This document shows, piece after piece, positions 26,302 to 41,255 of a DNA stretch of 64,000 nucleotides. Source of the DNA: Chrysomallon squamiferum (taxonomy: Eukaryota > Animalia > Mollusca). The stretch lies in the NCBI GenBank assembly GCA_012295275.1, contig CM022667.1, positions 17,794,001-17,858,000 of the forward strand, written 5' to 3'. How positions within the stretch are numbered: position 1 is the stretch's first letter; the number at the start of each line of letters is the position of its first letter. A program made the position numbers and the translations under genes. The notes beneath the pieces are model-generated. The model worked only from the letters and a program-made list of their open reading frames with translations, had not been told where the DNA came from and did not search any database.

Positions 26302-26970
26302 CAGCAGCAGTAGTAGTAGTTATAATATTTCTTCTTTGCTATTTCCCGGTTACTTTCGTCAGTTATCGGACACCTTTGAACATGCCAAGAAAGTTGACAT
26401 ACAATACAAAAGAAGAAAAATAAAATCGATTATATGATTCAGAGAACTTCATTTTCCTTGCGGCTTGGGAGATAGGTGTGGCTCAAGTCATAAATAATAA
26501 CTTTCTAATCAGCAGAAGACACTATTAAAAACAAAAAGGAGGAACAGTTAAGCTATCCAAAATGAGATTAACTTTGCAGTCTTAACAATTTACAGGAATT
26601 GTTAGAGATAATACTTTAATGGCTACAGATATAGCCTGCAGATACGGACAAAGATATATATAAATCTGACTTGTTAATACTTAACATCACACATACAAAT
26701 ACTCATAAACACACACTACACCAAATACATAATCATATATGTAATAGTACTTTTTAACAGTAATAGTAACCACACACAAACATACACACACAAACACACA
26801 CACAGTCTACGAAGGATGTACGAAATATATAGATGAATTACTATTATTTGATTTTGAACAGCAACAGCAGCAGCAGTAACAGTGACGATGATGTCAAGAA
26901 TAACAACAGCATACTGATTCTCTTTATCTATACTAGTTTTTACCATTGTATTCGCATGCGTAGGTTAGTC

Positions 26971-27040
<70 letters not shown>

Positions 27041-27591
27041 TATATATGTTTGTGTATATGTGTATGTGTATAAATAGATATGCATACATACACTTACACA
27101 ACTACACACACACACAATATACAAAAAATACAAACACATTTGGACAAACAATTTATACACACATACAGAAATATTCACATCTGTTTGGTAAATGCAGATG
27201 TTACATTTGAATATTTAATGATGATAAATTTCCACTCTGCAACACAGTTAAAAATATCTGAGAATCAGTTATGTTTGACTATTAGCTGCATCAAATGCTT
27301 CTGAAAAAAAAAATAATAAAATAAAAAATGTATAATGTAGTTAATTGTATTGACATTTCAGTCACTGTAATATGTTGTTTAACTAATTGCATTATGCGTA
27401 ACCGAATCTGTATATACGTATACTGTAAATATTAATACATAAACACACACACACACTATATAAAATATAAATACAGATTATGTGTGTGCGCGTGTGTGTA
27501 TGTGCTTAGACATATAGGTTATAGATAGATAGACAGATAGATTAATAATACAGACATACAGACAGCGACTTAAATACATACATACATACTT

Positions 27592-27636
<45 letters not shown>

Positions 27637-27674
27637 CATTTTGTGCATGAACACAGACAAAGTATGTCGTCACA

Positions 27675-27762
<88 letters not shown>

Positions 27763-29035
27763 TAAATACACTTATATATATATGTGTGTGTGTCTGTGTG
27801 TGTGTGTGAGCGCATATTTTTTTATTGCCCTCTCTCTCTATATATATTTGTTTGGGATTTTTCATCTTGTTTTTTTCCCTCCAAAGGATAGAGGGCAATA
27901 AAAATGATATTGTCATTTCGTACCAAATTAATGATACTCTCGAAAAATATTTGTTATTATCACTGCTGAATACGTGAACAACTGGAAATATAAATCACTT
28001 GTCGTGTAACGACATTCAGTTTGGTTTTATGTTCTGAGATCAAGTTGAATGTCCAGAGGATGAAGTATTAATAATTGTTAAGCCAGCAGTAATACTTACA
28101 ATTAAAAAGAATAACCTAGAGAGATACAAGTATGTAACAGCTACTTCTATTACTAGTACTACTACTTCCACGGTTACTACTGTCAGTACTGCTACCACTA
28201 CCGCTACTGCTACTATTACAATTACTACTACCTCTGTTACTCCTATTAATCCTACTACAACTATTATTAGTATTATTATTGTTACCACTATTACAATTAC
28301 TACAAGTAATATTGTTAATACAATTACTATAGTTGAGGATCTCTTACCCTATTCTTAGATCCTGTCTCGGGCTACCTCCTATATATTAACTATTATATAT
28401 ATTACTAATTTATACTATATTAATAATAGTATTAGTGTTACTACTACAAATAATAATAATATTACTATTACTCTACTGCTACTATTAATGCTTCTAATAT
28501 TATTAGTTGTAGCAGCAATACTGGAAGTTGTATTAGTAGAATAATTAAGACGTGTGTGTGTGTGTGGTACTCGTAGTATCAGCAGCCATAACACACACAC
28601 ACACATATATATACATATAGCAGTACTACTATTACTGTTAGAAAAATGAAAGTCACAATAAATACCAAAATATTTTAACACTGAATATTTTAGCTATTCA
28701 TTTATTTTTTTATTTTTTTTTTAATACGCGGTACAATGCGATAGAACATTAACACAGATGTTCTAACGCTAGAAAGAATGAAAAGATTTTTTGAAAAGGG
28801 GGCAAGACAAAAGTTGCAGATTTAGAAAGCCGTATTGCTTAGCTTCGAAACGTACTGGAAACACGCGAGGCACATGTGTTACAAGCCAAACATCTTTTCA
28901 CGAGTGAATCCGACCACGGACTTCAATCGACCCATGCAGTAATTTCTATATCATCATTTGTTGTCACGCCTTCCTATTGTCGTTGTAAGTATGTTGTTCC
29001 TGCGGTGTGCAGAACAGATGTCTCTAGACGTTAAT

Positions 29036-29085
<50 letters not shown>

Positions 29086-30336
29086 GTTTTTGTATTTGTT
29101 TATGTATGTATATGTACACGACAAACACACACACACATACAAACATATACATCCAACATCTGTTAATGTTCTCAGATATATACAAATAAAAACATTCATA
29201 TACATACATATTTCTTCTTATATATAAACATATATTTATTTATATATATATATATGTCTGTATGTTTGTATGTATATATTTATATACACACACAGATATA
29301 CACACATAGAAAGATACAGGTATAGAACAACAATAAAAAAACGAACCAAAAACAAAGCAAACCAAAAACTTGTAACGACCCCCATCAAAATGTCGTCCAT
29401 TAAAAGTACGTATAATATTATAGAACGATACTGAATTCAGGATACTGTATACAGTTTGCATTTAATTTCGAAAATTTAATACAAACTCTGACAGTAAATA
29501 TATTCTGTTACATTGTTATCATATTATTTTTAAATTATTTAACTTTTTAAAATCTACTTTTATTAATTTTATGTAATTTATACATTATAATAATTATAAT
29601 GCATTATTTATTATTATTATTATATTATTATTATTGTTATTATTATTATTATTTTACTATTATTAACAATGTATATATATATATATATATATATACATAT
29701 ACACACAAACACACACACGGACACACACACATATATATATATACATACATACACAAACACATATATGTGGGTGAGGTGGGTGTATGTATGTGTGTGTGTG
29801 TGTATATGTATATGTATATATGAGTGCATAAATATATACAGAAATATATATATATATATATACACATATAAGCACACACATACGTACATATGTATAGATG
29901 CTAAATATATTATATGGGACAAATTTTACGAAATGTGTTGAGCATATCATAAATAAAGCATTTCGTTGGACATTTTAATATCTTTATCAAGAATAAAAAC
30001 AATCGTCTATGTCAGGTCACCTATATGCTAAAAGAGTGTTAATACATTTTGTATAACAGAGCATTGGCATGGTTTAGAATCTGTTTTGGGTAAAAAGATA
30101 ATGAATATGTTTAACTATGAATGGGGAGTTTTATATTAATCGTGAATTACAATCTGTGACATGAAGTCTAGCAATGACGTCAAATTATGTGACAATTTCG
30201 CAATTGCGTAACAGTTTGCTTTTTGTATGTTTTTCATCTTTTCTTTGGTATAACGCTCAAGTGGAGATAATTGCAATGCTGTATAGATGGATAAATCACA
30301 AATATACAGACTCACATATGATAGTAATGGTGTCAG

Positions 30337-30405
<69 letters not shown>

Positions 30406-31925
30406 AGAATTATAATTTAATGGTTAGATCATATTTTTCTTCTACTTTTTTTTATTTGATTTTATTTTTATTTTTCTTCTTTCTTTTTTGACTCCGTATA
30501 GCAATAGTATATGTTCATATTTTTTTACTGAATATTTAATACAATCATAAATTCAATTAAATGTTTCTTGACAATGAAATAACAGCTTGTGTGATGGTTG
30601 TAAGAAAGCTAAACTGTAATAAGCCAATGGATCTAATATTAATGGGGGTTTTGTAGGTTTTTTTATTACGTCCAGCGTTTTGTGACAATAACTGTTAACA
30701 TAAAGCTTCGCAAATACTTTTATGATGTCAATCAATGGGAAATATTAATAACAGTAGCTGCTAAAGTTTGTTTTTACGAGACATATAGCTGTGTTCTGAT
30801 GAACGAGCTGGAACTACTTTCATCTGCCCGCAGCCAGGCAGGTTTATCTGAAAACAGTAATTAAACACTGCTTTTTAAGCGCGGTCTAAAGAAATGAGTA
30901 ATGAATTACTCTGCTCTGTCTTGGTAATATTTTCTGAATGATTTATATTTAAGATAAATGGCAGAACGAAGAAGCAAAACCAAATCTATGCAAGCATACA
31001 TATCTTTATATAAATAAACAAATAAACAAAAACCATCAAACAAACAAAAAACAAAAACAAACAAATAAACCAATGACATTAGAATATTTTGCATTAGTAT
31101 AAGAAATATTTACAATTCAGACTTTTAATGGCGTGATTTATAAAATAAATGTTTATAACATTTGTTCTACTGTTTTTTTATTTATCTACTTATTTTACAG
31201 TTTTTTATTTATCTACTTATTTTACAGTTTTTTATTTATCTATTTATTTTATGTACATTTTAATGTGTTACAAGTTACGACGAATGGGTTTATGTCAGCA
31301 TGTATATATGTTTGTGTGTGCATATATAAATTATTCACACATATCCACACTTACACATACATACACACATACAAACACTAAATACGCATATATACATACA
31401 TATGAGTATATGATTGTGTTGGTGTGTATGAGTCTGTTTGGATATGTGTATTCATTGTACATAATTCAGCTAATATACGGAAATGTTGAAAGCACGGGTC
31501 GCAGATTCCAGATGTTTAAATTACAGACGCCACCTGTCGTTCTGAAACACTTTATCTTTACCTGCAATCACTACAGCAGAATGAGATTTGGAAACTTACG
31601 TTTATATTTGTTTCCAGTGAGAAAAGCAACACAACAGCAGTAAACAGTATACTGTATATATATAATACGAAAAAGATCTACATAGTAATGTTGAGCAGTA
31701 ATTTTAAATTATCTATTTTGTGTGTGTGTGTGTATTGGCTGGATTGTCTGAATGTGATAATACTGAATACATGTATATATGTACGGAAGTTCAGTGTGCG
31801 TGCGTGTGTTCCTGTGCGTGTGTGACAGCGCGCGTTTCTGAGTGGGAGAAAATAAAATACATGCGTACTTGTGTATGTGTTTATGTGTATGTGTATGTGT
31901 GTATATGTGTATGTGTGTATATGTG

Positions 31926-31969
<44 letters not shown>

Positions 31970-32072
31970 ATGTGTTTGTGTGTGTACGTAGTGGATTTGA
32001 TGTGATATAAATGTTTGGTATATTATCATTATTTATGGATATATGCTTTCGTTTGTCTGGCTATTGGTTTGT

Positions 32073-32168
<96 letters not shown>

Positions 32169-33680
32169 AAAATTCAGCTATCTGGTTAATATCTTAAGAT
32201 ATCATCAACTTTATCCTGCGATAGTTAGAAAACCGATTCGACCTGAATTAGAACAAATATGATGTATTAAGACATAAAGTAACCAGTTATTTGTTTTATC
32301 CTGCAATCCTAAATGATACTCAAATTAAATGAAATTAACTATTTTATTCCTCAAATCACTGCTTTCGAGAGTAGTAGATTAAAAATAAAAGCCGTACAGC
32401 AACACAAAAGAGTTGTTATATAAAACAGTTTATTTGATTTATTTTTTTTTTTTTTTTTTTTTTTCTATGTTTTTCTTTTTAAAGTTTACAAAGTGGTATT
32501 TTAATAATTAAATCAGGTATTAAACATGTAATTTGTTAATATAGTTTCGCCCCGAAAAGCTCTATTTATATAAGGAATTTTTGTACCGAATATTTCTTCG
32601 TGTTTTTGTGATAACAAAGATATATAATTCTGTATGTAATGTTTATTTATTTAAATTAGGTTTGTTTTATATATTATTTTATTGAGAAGCTAATATTTAC
32701 ATTTTATATTATAAATTAGATAAGTAATTTACCCACGTAATTAAATATAAACAAACAGGTAATATATTAAAATAGCAATGAAATTACATATAATCGCGCA
32801 TAAACGTGTGCGCAAATATTTTGCGTTTGTGTGTGCGAGAGAGATTTTTATATCTTAGCATATGTGCATTTTGCATACATGTATTTGTATAAATAGGTAT
32901 TAATATGTATGCACGATAAGAGATATATGTGTATAATTTATGTGTGTACACATACACGCACCCACGCGCGCGCCCACACGTACACACATACTACATATAT
33001 ATATATATATATATGAATTATTTTATGTAATTTCATTTCTATTTTAATATATTATATGTATTTTTATATTTAATCACGTACTCATCAAACAAAAGTTATC
33101 TAATTTCTGAAATAAGAGAGGGTCATGTTTTTACCTTTGATAGTTTGCCATTCGGCTATTTGTTATCTCAGTCTCCTACCCGCTTTTTTCAAAACCGTTC
33201 TTTAGCTTTCCCAGAACAGATAATTCTTTAATAGCCATAATGAATTTTTAATAAATTAAAATTGTGTTTAACTGCCATAAACAATTTGTATAATACTACA
33301 ACAGGATTAACTGAAAACTATATCACTGAAGTGGTATCTCAGTTAATACTGTATATTATTGTTCTAAAATAGTAAAAAGCGTTTCTGTGAAATAACAACA
33401 TAACACACTGAACGTTTTTACATTATGAAAATAAAAACGTTTCAGTGACAGAATCACCCACTGCTTCTTTGTTCTCCAGTTAATACTGAGTCAGTCTGTC
33501 AGTATTGCCATGCATCCTTATCTCTCACACACATATTCATAGATTCGTATAAATACAAACATATTTACATACATAATATAATAAAAGACACACACAGATT
33601 CTTACATACACATATATATACAGTAAATACAAATAATACATGTATGCATATAGATAAAAATACATTCGTGTTTGCCTGTC

Positions 33681-33736
<56 letters not shown>

Positions 33737-33746
33737 ACATACACAC

Positions 33747-33812
<66 letters not shown>

Positions 33813-34762
33813 ACACACACACACACACTTACACACACATCTGCGCACTTGATTTATACATAACTTTCTGCATAGGAAATTCATTAATCAAGGAGAAATT
33901 ATGTATAAAGCAAATATTTTAGGTCACTTTTGTCATTTTTCACTTTAAAGGTGTCTGGGTATTGAACATTTTTAAAAGTTAATTTTTTTTTTTTTTGTAA
34001 GAAGCGACACGAACTCGATACATCTGACACGGCGAAAATGTTCGCTTTTTTTTCTTTTTTTTTATTAAAATCGATAAATGTTTTGTGCCATCCAATGTGG
34101 CCTGAGTAAATTAACTTACATTTTGTTCTCTTGAGTATGTAACACGTGAATGCATTTACCACATAGCACATCCACACAAAGCAGGCACAGGTTTACACCT
34201 TATGTAATTAAATGCGTGTAATTGGCAGCATGGATATATACACACATACGACTAATTGTATGTGTGTACGTATGAAGATATGTTTGTAATATATAATATA
34301 TATTTTATTTGTTTATTTCATAGTTTACTTAAATAATAGGTATATTATTTATAGGTGCATATATATTTGTCTATTGGAAAACGTTTTATTCATAATTTTC
34401 ATAAGCGGTAACTTTTGTTGTTTATTTAATTTATTTATATTAATTATAATAAAACACACACACACAAACACACACACACACACACACACATATACACGCA
34501 CACTCACACAACCATACACTCACATATACATAAAGCAGGCAGTGGAACAGAATTAAATCAAGTTGTTATTACTTATATCATTGTATACATGCATAAATGT
34601 CAGATTACTGCTCGATTAATCAGCTTGAAAGGAACCGCCAATTTCGAATCAAATTAAGTTAAATGTATTGTTTTATTTATTTATTTTTTTATTTATTACA
34701 CAAACAAACAAGTAAAATAGATCACACAAACATACAAGTAAACGAAGGAATGTTTAACATAC

Positions 34763-34930
34763 CTCTAATCGGTGAACTGCAAGACAGACGCGAGGGTGTT
34801 TACACGACAACATCGCAGTGAGCCGACGTGCGGTGAAATGTTCGGCTTTAGCAGCTGCGGCTTAGTCGATAAGCTTAACGATTGGCGAGTCCATGTGGGA
34901 GATGACATTGATCAAGCTTGACTACGTAAA
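34763..34930 (-). promoter_or_regulatory. Candidate promoter and non-coding first exon, possibly of the SK gene
   Basis: CpG-rich island in very AT-rich DNA, with a minus-strand CCAAT at 34885-34881 and a strong donor AG|GTATGT (intron starting at 34762) that points toward the SK acceptor. Confidence 0.45.
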
Positions 34931-35050
34931 TTAATTATTAACCTTGAAATATTCATAATATCAACGCTCGGAGGACACCGCTAAATATTATACTACTGCC
35001 CATACTGCCCAGACACGCCATTGTGGGCCCTTTGTATGTAAACGTGTTGT

Positions 35051-35143
<93 letters not shown>

Positions 35144-36514
35144 ATAATCAAAGGTACAATATGAAATAATATAATGCAGTATGTAATAAAACCGTTAAGA
35201 CATATTACGACAACCTAACTCTGTCTCTTGACTTTCTTTTTTCCTCTCTCTCCATCTATCTAGCAGTCTGCCTGTGCATCACCATCGCCACTACCACCGC
35301 TATAGCTACTACTAACGCAACAACAACAACAATTACTACTGCTGCTGCTGCTCTACTCGTACTACTACTCTGCTACCTGTACCATAACTACTTCTAAGTC
35401 TTTACTACTACTATAAGTATTAATAAAGTATAATTTAATATAACATAAAATAATCCCCAAAAGAACCTCAGAGACTGTAGGTTATATTCAAATGAAGGTA
35501 TTAAAATATTCAATTAAATATGATAATTTAAATGTGATATATATGTAGTACCGTTATGATTTAGAAATACTGTTATGTAATTACAGAGGCGGTTTTATGA
35601 GTTTAAATCAATTTAAAAATGTAAACAGCTGCAGAATATGATCGTTATTTTTTGTTTGTTATTTTTTTCCTTTTGTATTACTTTTTGCTTATTTATTTTC
35701 AGTTCATGTAAATATCAGTTCGTTTATTTATCCATATTATCTAATTACTTATATGTTTATAATATTTTATATTATTTTATTTTAATTATTTATTTATTTA
35801 TTTACTTATTTATATATTTAGCTTTTATTTATTTGTATAATTACTTATTTATTTATTCTATTCTGTTCTGTTCTATTATTTTTACTTAATTTCCACATCC
35901 AATTTCAGTTAATAAATTAGCATAACAATAAAAGAAAAGAATTAAGAAATATTTTTGAGCCGTCATTTTATACACGTACTTCGTGAAGTCAAAACAACAG
36001 ACTAATTTTAATTTTAAAAGTTTAGAAATTTGTTATGTATTCGCACGATATTTTGTACAGTTTTAAAGTATTTTTTAAATTTATTTTCTTCATTTATTTA
36101 CTTAACAGATAATAAGAAAATCTCAATTAATAATAATAAAAAAAAAAAAAAAAAAACATGACTGACAAAGGAAAGAAGATTATACAGAGAAAGAAGTAAG
36201 ATCAACAGAATACAAAGTAAGAAAGACTGCATGAATGAATGAATGAATGAATAATCGATAAACTAAACTAAATTAGACAAAAAGAAATGAAAATTAATGA
36301 ACGAGAGAAGAAAATAAAAATAAGAATGAAAGCGACAAGAAGAGAGAAAATACATATGAAAGGAAAGAAAGATAGTTTAAAAAATGACTGAATGAATGGA
36401 AAATGATGGAATATATAAAGGTTAATCAATTTTTTATCGAAATGTATATTAACTAATTTTTCGGAGCTTTTCCTTATTTTTGTACTTTAAGAAAGAAAGA
36501 AAAGCAGCCAGTTG

Positions 36515-36639
36515 ACACAGGTAGATAATTGTATTTGTAACACAGGTAGATAATTGTATTTGTAACACAGGTAGATAATTGTATTTGTAACACAGGTAGA
36601 TAATTGTATTTGTAACACAGGTAGATAATTGTATTTGTA
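36515..36639. repeat. 25-bp minisatellite, 5 perfect copies
   Basis: Unit acacaggtagataattgtatttgta. Confidence 0.97.
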
Positions 36640-37602
36640 AAGATAAAAAATTGAAAAATTAAAGGAATCGTTGAACAAGTAACATAGAGTAAATAAACAA
36701 ACAGTCTAATAAAATATTGTTTCTGATAACTCGATAACATCAAACACACGTCATAAACAACAAAGAAACATGAAACAAAAGAAAGGAAAGAATGACAGAT
36801 GAAAAATCAAACACAAAGGTAAAATAAACAAAAAATGGAAACAAAGACGAACAAAAAAGAAAAGGAAGAAAAAGAATTAAGTGAGATACTAACAAACAGT
36901 AAGAAAAAAGAAAAGAAAGAAGCTAAATAAGAAGATACAATAATAGTGTAATGGTGTAACAGAAACAAAATGGAAAACAAAGAAAATAACGAAAAGAAAG
37001 AAACAATATTTAATATGATAATAACAGTAATAATAATAATAATATAAATGAAAACTGAAGAAAGCATGGAAGTGAAAAAGAACTGAATCACGTTGATGTT
37101 GTTTGTGTTAGTATGTACAAATGTGATGTAGAGCTCGATCAGTCAACTTCAAAGAAACCGCCAGTTTCCAATATATTTAATTATATTCATCTAGGTTCAG
37201 GTGCTTCAATAATTAATCAGTGATTTGTATTACCTGTTCAGACAGATGTTTACTGACATCGGTTTCAGAAATGACGATGTTTATAAATAATTTCATTATT
37301 ATATTGTTTGGTCAACAGAAAATGTATAATATAGATAATTTAAAGAACCTGTATCTACGTATTATATATTTAATTATGTACGTACGTATGAAGTGACCTG
37401 CGTGTGTATGAATGTATAATTATATGTATGTTTGTATGTATGTTTTTATTATGTATTTATGTTTGTATATTATGTGTTAATTTTTTTAGTTTATTTATAT
37501 AATTGACATACTCATAGCATAGCACACACCATGGTTGCAATGGAAATATTTAAGGATTAAACACTAACTACTAAAATATGCCCTACTGTTATGCAAACAA
37601 AG

Positions 37603-37646
<44 letters not shown>

Positions 37647-37844
37647 ATATATACACACACATATTCTAAGTATCAAACGACAACACATACAATAAAAATG
37701 ATATAACACTGATTATAAAATGCCTTGATATTTAGAAGCCTTACAGATATTCTAAAAATAGTTTAAATAATTGATATATGGCAAACAAATAGTTATAATT
37801 ATCACATACACACACAAACGCACACACATAAACAGCCACCCACC

Positions 37845-37875
<31 letters not shown>

Positions 37876-38803
37876 TAAGTTTATTATAAAATATATAAAA
37901 AATATTTAACAAAATTTAAATTAAATAAAAAATAGTTCGTACACGTACGAATGATAAACGTATAGTTTGTCTTACTGTCTAACTCTGGTGTTTGTCTTTG
38001 TATATTTTCAAACTTATTAACTGAAATCTAAGAAACTGTTAACATCGCTAACGTAGGGCCTCAGTCTGAATATACCTTTTCACACAGCAGCTTTTCCAAT
38101 AGATTAAACTTATTATATTTTACCATCATATCATTATTAATTTGGTATCATCACTGTAATCATCATCATAATCATAATAATTATAATCATAACAATCATC
38201 ATAATCTTTATTATCATCAGCCGGTTCTTTTAATGATCGTAAGCATTATAATATAATTTTGTTTCATTAACTCAAATACTATTAAAGAACGGTTACTGAT
38301 ATATCAAATTATATAGACAGATATGTAGATAGGCGAACTTACAGACAGTAGATTACAGACAAACAAAGTACATTATTACAGATAGAGAGATAAACTAAAA
38401 TACACAAAGTAGATAAACAGACAAACAGAAAGTATATTAATAGACAAATATAGACAAAAATACAGACAGTAGATAGACAGAGAGAGATATAAATAGATTA
38501 AATAGATTAGATGAACATACAAAGGGATGAACTTACAGAGAAACAGATTACATAAAAGTGCATTGTAAATACGATTTATCATGTTGGTTGCATCAGTACT
38601 CTGGTAAACTGGCGAATTCAGCAGGCACTGATGTAGCAAATACGAAATGTAACTCAGTAACATTTTAAGGACATGATACTTAAGAAAATCGCTATAATTT
38701 ATTATAATGTGATAAATTAAAATATTAGTAGAAGCACTAGCAAAGCATTAGTAGCAGCCGTGACAGAAATATTAGTTGTTGTAGTAGTAACAGAAGCAGC
38801 AGT

Positions 38804-38855
38804 TTACTACTACTACTACTACTACTACTAGTAGTAGTAGTAGTAGTAGTAGTAA
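38804..38855. repeat. 52-bp perfect palindrome made of head-to-head (TAC)n/(GTA)n
   Basis: ttactac...tactact|agtag...gtagtaa, with 26-bp arms and no spacer. Confidence 0.9.
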
Positions 38856-39107
38856 TAGTAGTAGTAGTAGTAGTCTTCTAAATAAAACGAGAACAAGGAA
38901 AACAATAAAGATATATAAAATAAAACAACTATACAATGATGAAAACTGAAAGAAAAAAGTAAGCAAGCAAATAAGTAAATAAATGTATTATATCATAATA
39001 GTATTTGAATCGTTTTATAACTTTAAAGTAAGAACTGTCCGTGGGTATAAAATATAACCTAACGAACGTTTTTAACTAAACTATATTATTTATTATTGAA
39101 AACACTC

Positions 39108-39390
39108 CACGTATAACAATGTTTTACCAAAATTACATTATTTACTATAAAAAAAAACACCTACGCTTAACAGTTTTTACAAAATAACATTATGAAAAAA
39201 ACGTATAACAACACGTTTTACTAACATTATGAAAAAAACGTATAACAACATGTTTTACAAAATAACATTATGAAAAAAACGTATAACAAAATGTTTTACA
39301 AAATAACATTATGAAAAAAACACGTATAACAACGACATGTTTTTATTAAAAAAAAAAACCAAAACCCCAAAACACGTATACCAACATGTA
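39108..39390. repeat. Degenerate AT-rich tandem repeat, about 40-bp period
   Basis: Recurring acgtataacaacatgttttacaaaataacattatgaaaaaa. Confidence 0.8.
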
Positions 39391-41208
39391 TAACTAGATT
39401 GGCAAAAGCAAACTTTATTTTAATACAACATTTATGTTATGTAATATGATTTTTAAAATATTAGAAGGAATATATTTGTTTTTATACATTACTGTCTGCT
39501 GTTTAAATGTCTGGTTAAATTTATAAAACCGCCTATTTTCAGTGTGTCTGTGCTTATACATACATACATGAATATATGTATGTTTAATGAATTTGCTTAT
39601 GCATACAGACAAAAACAGAATAAAATCCAATAACAATCTAGATTTGAATCCGTGAGTTATTATAATATTTACATACATTAATACATAAATACATCTACAA
39701 ACAATATACATATAGACACACAAACATACACATATTTGTTTTTAATTCAAATAATCAAACAGTATAAGTAGATCAAACTGTATTACTATTTGTTTTGTTT
39801 CAAAATGGTTATTTTGTTTCTGTGTAATGAAATTCACTTGAAGGAGATCTCTTTCAGTAAATATGAAGTATTCTCCTCTCATATTTGGATGCTTCCTTGA
39901 TTATGTAGACTCGACTGTAGTCACATCTGTTCATAAAATATCGAATTTTTTATTACGCTGTTTTAGAAACACATTTAACTGTAAATAACTATTACCTTCC
40001 TGTTGTATAAATATTATACTATCTATTTGCAATTAATTAATTAGTTAAGTTGCAAATTATCTCTTTGATTTCTTCCTCGTTGGTTTATTTAAGGAATGTT
40101 TAACAACAAGACTAACCTACAGTTACATTGCAAGTTGCGGTCATAAGGATATATTAATATACAATAAGCTGTAGTAATGGTGATGGTAGTAGTACAGGAC
40201 TCGACGTGTATCTAAAAATAAAAAAATTATTCATATTTCAGCTTTCAGGTGAAGGAAAACGTGTACTTGATCATTCACTTTTGTAGTAAAAATATGCTTC
40301 GAAGAGTTACTTATGCAAATATACCAACATATATGATATTGAAATTCGTCTTTATCAAACGCATTTTAACCAACCAGTCCAACAAATCGTTTCAAAGACT
40401 ACAGAAAACATTTGGGAATGTTCGGATTTGTCCACGAATTCGGCCGAGATGATCCGAATGGACACCATCAGTTTTACGAAACTGAGTCAGCGAAACTAAG
40501 GGAAGCCGAAACGTCCACTTTATCGAACTACGAGCACATTTTTTTATGTGAAATAAATTATTAATAGTGGTTCTTGTGTTATAATGTATAGAACAAAAAA
40601 GGCCGCCATACTTTTTTGAAATTTGGCGCCCTGGTAGTAGTAACAGTAGTAGAGGTAGAAGTAGTAATATAATTATACTACATCATCATCAATACTAGCA
40701 TTACTAGTGTACTGCTACTACTGCTATTGCTATTACTATTTCTGTTAATGCTAATAATATTAATGATAATTATCATCACATTCACAAACAAAATCATGAT
40801 AACAGCAACAATAACAATAAACCAGTTTTAAAGTACAAATGACCTTCAAAATTCTAATTTAGGATAATTCTGATTTTACGGTTTTGTTTTGTGATTTAGC
40901 CTTGCAGAATCATTATATATCTGTTTGATTCTGTGAACTGAAAGTCAGCGCATTTTGTACAGCGGAATTTCAAATTATGTACTATAAAACGCCTACACTA
41001 CACATGTTACAAGATCGATTGGAAATACATGTCACATACACATTCTATAGATATATCATACCTTCATTAATTTTTTTTTCTCTCTCTCTCTCTCTCTCTC
41101 TCAAAAAAAAAAAAAATAAAATAAAAAATCATCGAGAATTTACACAACCGAATAGAATATTTTTTAAAATAAAAAAACAAAACAAAAAAAACTAACTAAC
41201 TAATTAAC

Positions 41209-41255
<47 letters not shown>

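Noticed and set aside
26716-33863. Many short ORFs made of YI, HT, CV or RE dipeptide runs
   Set aside because: They are translations of (AT)n, (AC)n and (AG)n microsatellites.
40249-40452. Short ORF duplicated at about 44703-44863
   Set aside because: No recognisable motif, the frame is not consistent between the copies, and it lies in the probable false duplication.
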